DNA from: Azolla caroliniana
Lineage: Eukaryota; Plantae; Polypodiophyta
DNA: 64,000 nt
Assembly: GCA_043228905.1 (NCBI GenBank)
Contig: JBHGNT010000015.1
Coordinates: 8,680,001-8,744,000 of the forward strand
Reading direction: 5' to 3'
In this document: positions 61,867 through 64,000 of the stretch, one piece after another
How positions within the stretch are numbered: position 1 is the first letter of the stretch
Layout of the letters: the number at the start of each line of letters is the position of its first letter
Notes under the pieces: generated by a model
What the model was told of the DNA's origin: nothing
Seen by the model: only the letters and a program-made list of their open reading frames with translations
Database searches by the model: none
Program-made: the position numbers and the translations under genes

Positions 61867-62363
61867 GAATGCTCACCGGATGAAGAGACATATTTGTAAA
61901 TATGTTTCTGAGAGTCCATCGAGGTTATATTTGTAAATAGCCGAAAAGTCATATTAGTATAAATATGACTTAGGGCAAACTTACAGTGTAGGTTGTCATT
62001 CTTGTTGGTGCAAGAAAAGAGAGAGCGCGTAACTGTGTACAGTGAGAGAGAGAGAGAGAAAGAGGTCGTTGCCTCTATTGTAACCGCCGCCTGTGGCGAA
62101 GATAGTGAGCACGAGGTCGTTGCCTCCGTGAACTCACTGTTGTACATTCTAACATAGTGATAGTTTGCAGCATGTGGGCTGCCGTGGTTTTTTTCCTTAG
62201 TTTTGGGTTTTCCACGTAAACATCCTACGTACACCTCTCTTCTTCGTGTCGTGCTTTATTTCCCGTTTTCTGTGTATGATTCTAAGCTCAATTGTGGCCA
62301 AGCGTTGCGTATAGGGAGCGTTTAATTCCCGTCAAGTGGTATCAGAGCGAAACGACACAGAAA

Positions 62364-63923
62364 ATGGACGATTTGTTGGGAGGCATGTTCAAGCTCACCG
62401 GCTCCAACTATTCGGTATGGAAGTCGAAGATGAGGGACATGCTCGTGGTTAAAGACCTTTGGCTACCGGTTCAGTTTGGGGACAAGAGACCGGACAAAAT
62501 CGACGCCACGATATGGGAGGTGATGCATATGAAGACAACGACGTACATACGGTGCTTCATCGACATGAGCTTATACAACAACTTCAATGAAGAGAGCAAG
62601 GCTCATGAGCTCTGGGAGAAGATCGGCATCATGTTTCAAAACAAAAATGCTGTTAATCAGGTTTCGGTATTCCGGAAGCTAGTAAGACTCCGATACCAAG
62701 ATGGCTCCAGCACAGCGGAGCACATGAATGCCTTCCAGGGACTGATACACCAGGCAACGTCATTGGAAGTACCTCTCGCCAACGAGGTACTAGCACTACT
62801 CTTGCTCGGTTCCCTCCCGGATAGCTGGGAGACGTTGGTTGTCACTTTGGGCAACGCCGGGCTGGAAGGAAAGCGGTTATCCCTAGCAAGAGTAAAGTCG
62901 AGCTTGCTAGATGAGGAGGCGCGTCGGAAAGATAAAGATACGAGCTCCGACTCCAAGGCGCTCCTTACCGAATCGGAACGCGGAAGACATAGAAACCGTA
63001 GTCCCCATAACCGGGAGAAGTCGGGGACACGGTCAAAGTCAAGGGGGAGGCCTACTTGCTTCTATTGCGGCAAGCCGGGACACTTCCAGAAGAACAGTCG
63101 GCATTTCCGAAAGGACAAGGAAACCGAAGGTACCGATTCGAAGCGGATACCGGACCGGAACGGTAAAGACCGGAGGGGAACGGACCGGAAGGGGACGACG
63201 GCAATCGTGGCAAGTGAAGAAGAGTTGATGCTCATCACTGAGGAGAGTGAGATAAACCTTGCCGGCGACGAGATGACCTGGGTGGTAGACTCCGGAGTGT
63301 CGTTCCACCTTACCTCGGACCGGAAATGCTTCTCATTCTACTCAGCCGGTGATCATGGCTATGTCCGGATGGGGAATGAAGGTACATGCCGAATTGTCGG
63401 CATAGGAGACGTGTGGCTGACAACACCAACCGGATGCAAGTTGCTGCTGAAGGATGTCCAACACGTTCCGGAGGTTCGTCTGAACCTAATATCAGCCGGT
63501 CGGCTAGATGTTGCAGGCTACACGGGTAGCATCCGGAACAGTGTCATGAAATTCAGTAAAGGGAGCCTGATTGTGGCTCGGGCCCGGAAGGTCAACACAC
63601 TGTACCTGATGAATGCCCGGTTATGTCTGGAAGAAGTGAACGTTGCATCCGACACTACCGGTGAGCTGTGGCACAAGAGGCTGTGTCATATGGGACCAAG
63701 TCAAAATACGGATGCTGAAGAAGGCTCTCAACAGGACCTTCTCAATGAAAGACTTGAGTCCGGCAAGACAGATGTTGGGGATACATATTATCCGGAACTG
63801 GTCAGCGAAGCAATTATGGCTGTCACAGGAGAAGTACGTGACAAAGGTGCTTCACTGGTTCAACATGTCAGATGCGAAACCGGTCGGATTGACACTTCCG
63901 GCAAATTGCAAGCTATCCGGTAA
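62364..63923 (+). pseudogene. Copia K gag-protease ORF fused out of frame to mid-RT by an internal deletion
   Basis: LLLLGSLPDSWE, CFYCGKPGH, WVVDSG, LWHKRLCHM. DNA from ~63692 matches the Copia D RT at ~27134. Confidence 0.88.
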
Positions 63924-64000
63924 GCAAAGCCCGAAGACGAAAGCAGAGAAGGCGGATATGATGAAGATTCCATATGCCTCTGCCGTCGGGAGCTTAATGT

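Larger units (their letters stand above)
61591..64000 (+). mobile_element. Copia element K (same family as D): 5' LTR 61591-62334, PBS 62337-62348, runs off the window
   Basis: LTR and gag are close to Copia D; TGGTATCAGAGC PBS. Confidence 0.92.

Overview
Eukaryotic (land-plant) nuclear DNA, roughly 80% nested LTR retrotransposons, with one host gene. The TE types (Tcn1-like chromovirus, tRNA-Trp/Arg-primed Ty3/gypsy) hint at a non-seed plant such as a fern, which is inference only. Bases 1-33.5 kb are a four-level nest: Copia E contains Copia A, which contains Gypsy B (TSD ACGAT), which contains Gypsy C (TSD ACCCT). Copia A also holds an internally deleted Copia D. A three-exon GH17/X8 beta-1,3-glucanase gene (37676-39991, +) lies downstream of a Mutator-like MITE. 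Bases 41.7-64 kb are a second cluster of degraded Copia and Gypsy elements, solo LTRs, a hAT remnant and a chromovirus fragment. Top observation: Gypsy B and C have no polypurine tract next to the 3' LTR. Instead each carries, 2 nt from that LTR, a sequence matching a tRNA-Arg 3' end (...CCCAC-GGGCGTG-CCA) within a conserved stem-loop, i.e. an inverted second PBS. Both also encode a homologous ~900-970 aa coiled-coil extra ORF after pol. This may be an LTR lineage that primes both DNA strands with tRNA or a tRNA mimic. All coordinates and comparisons were read by eye, and tRNA assignments rest on recalled plant tRNA 3' ends.
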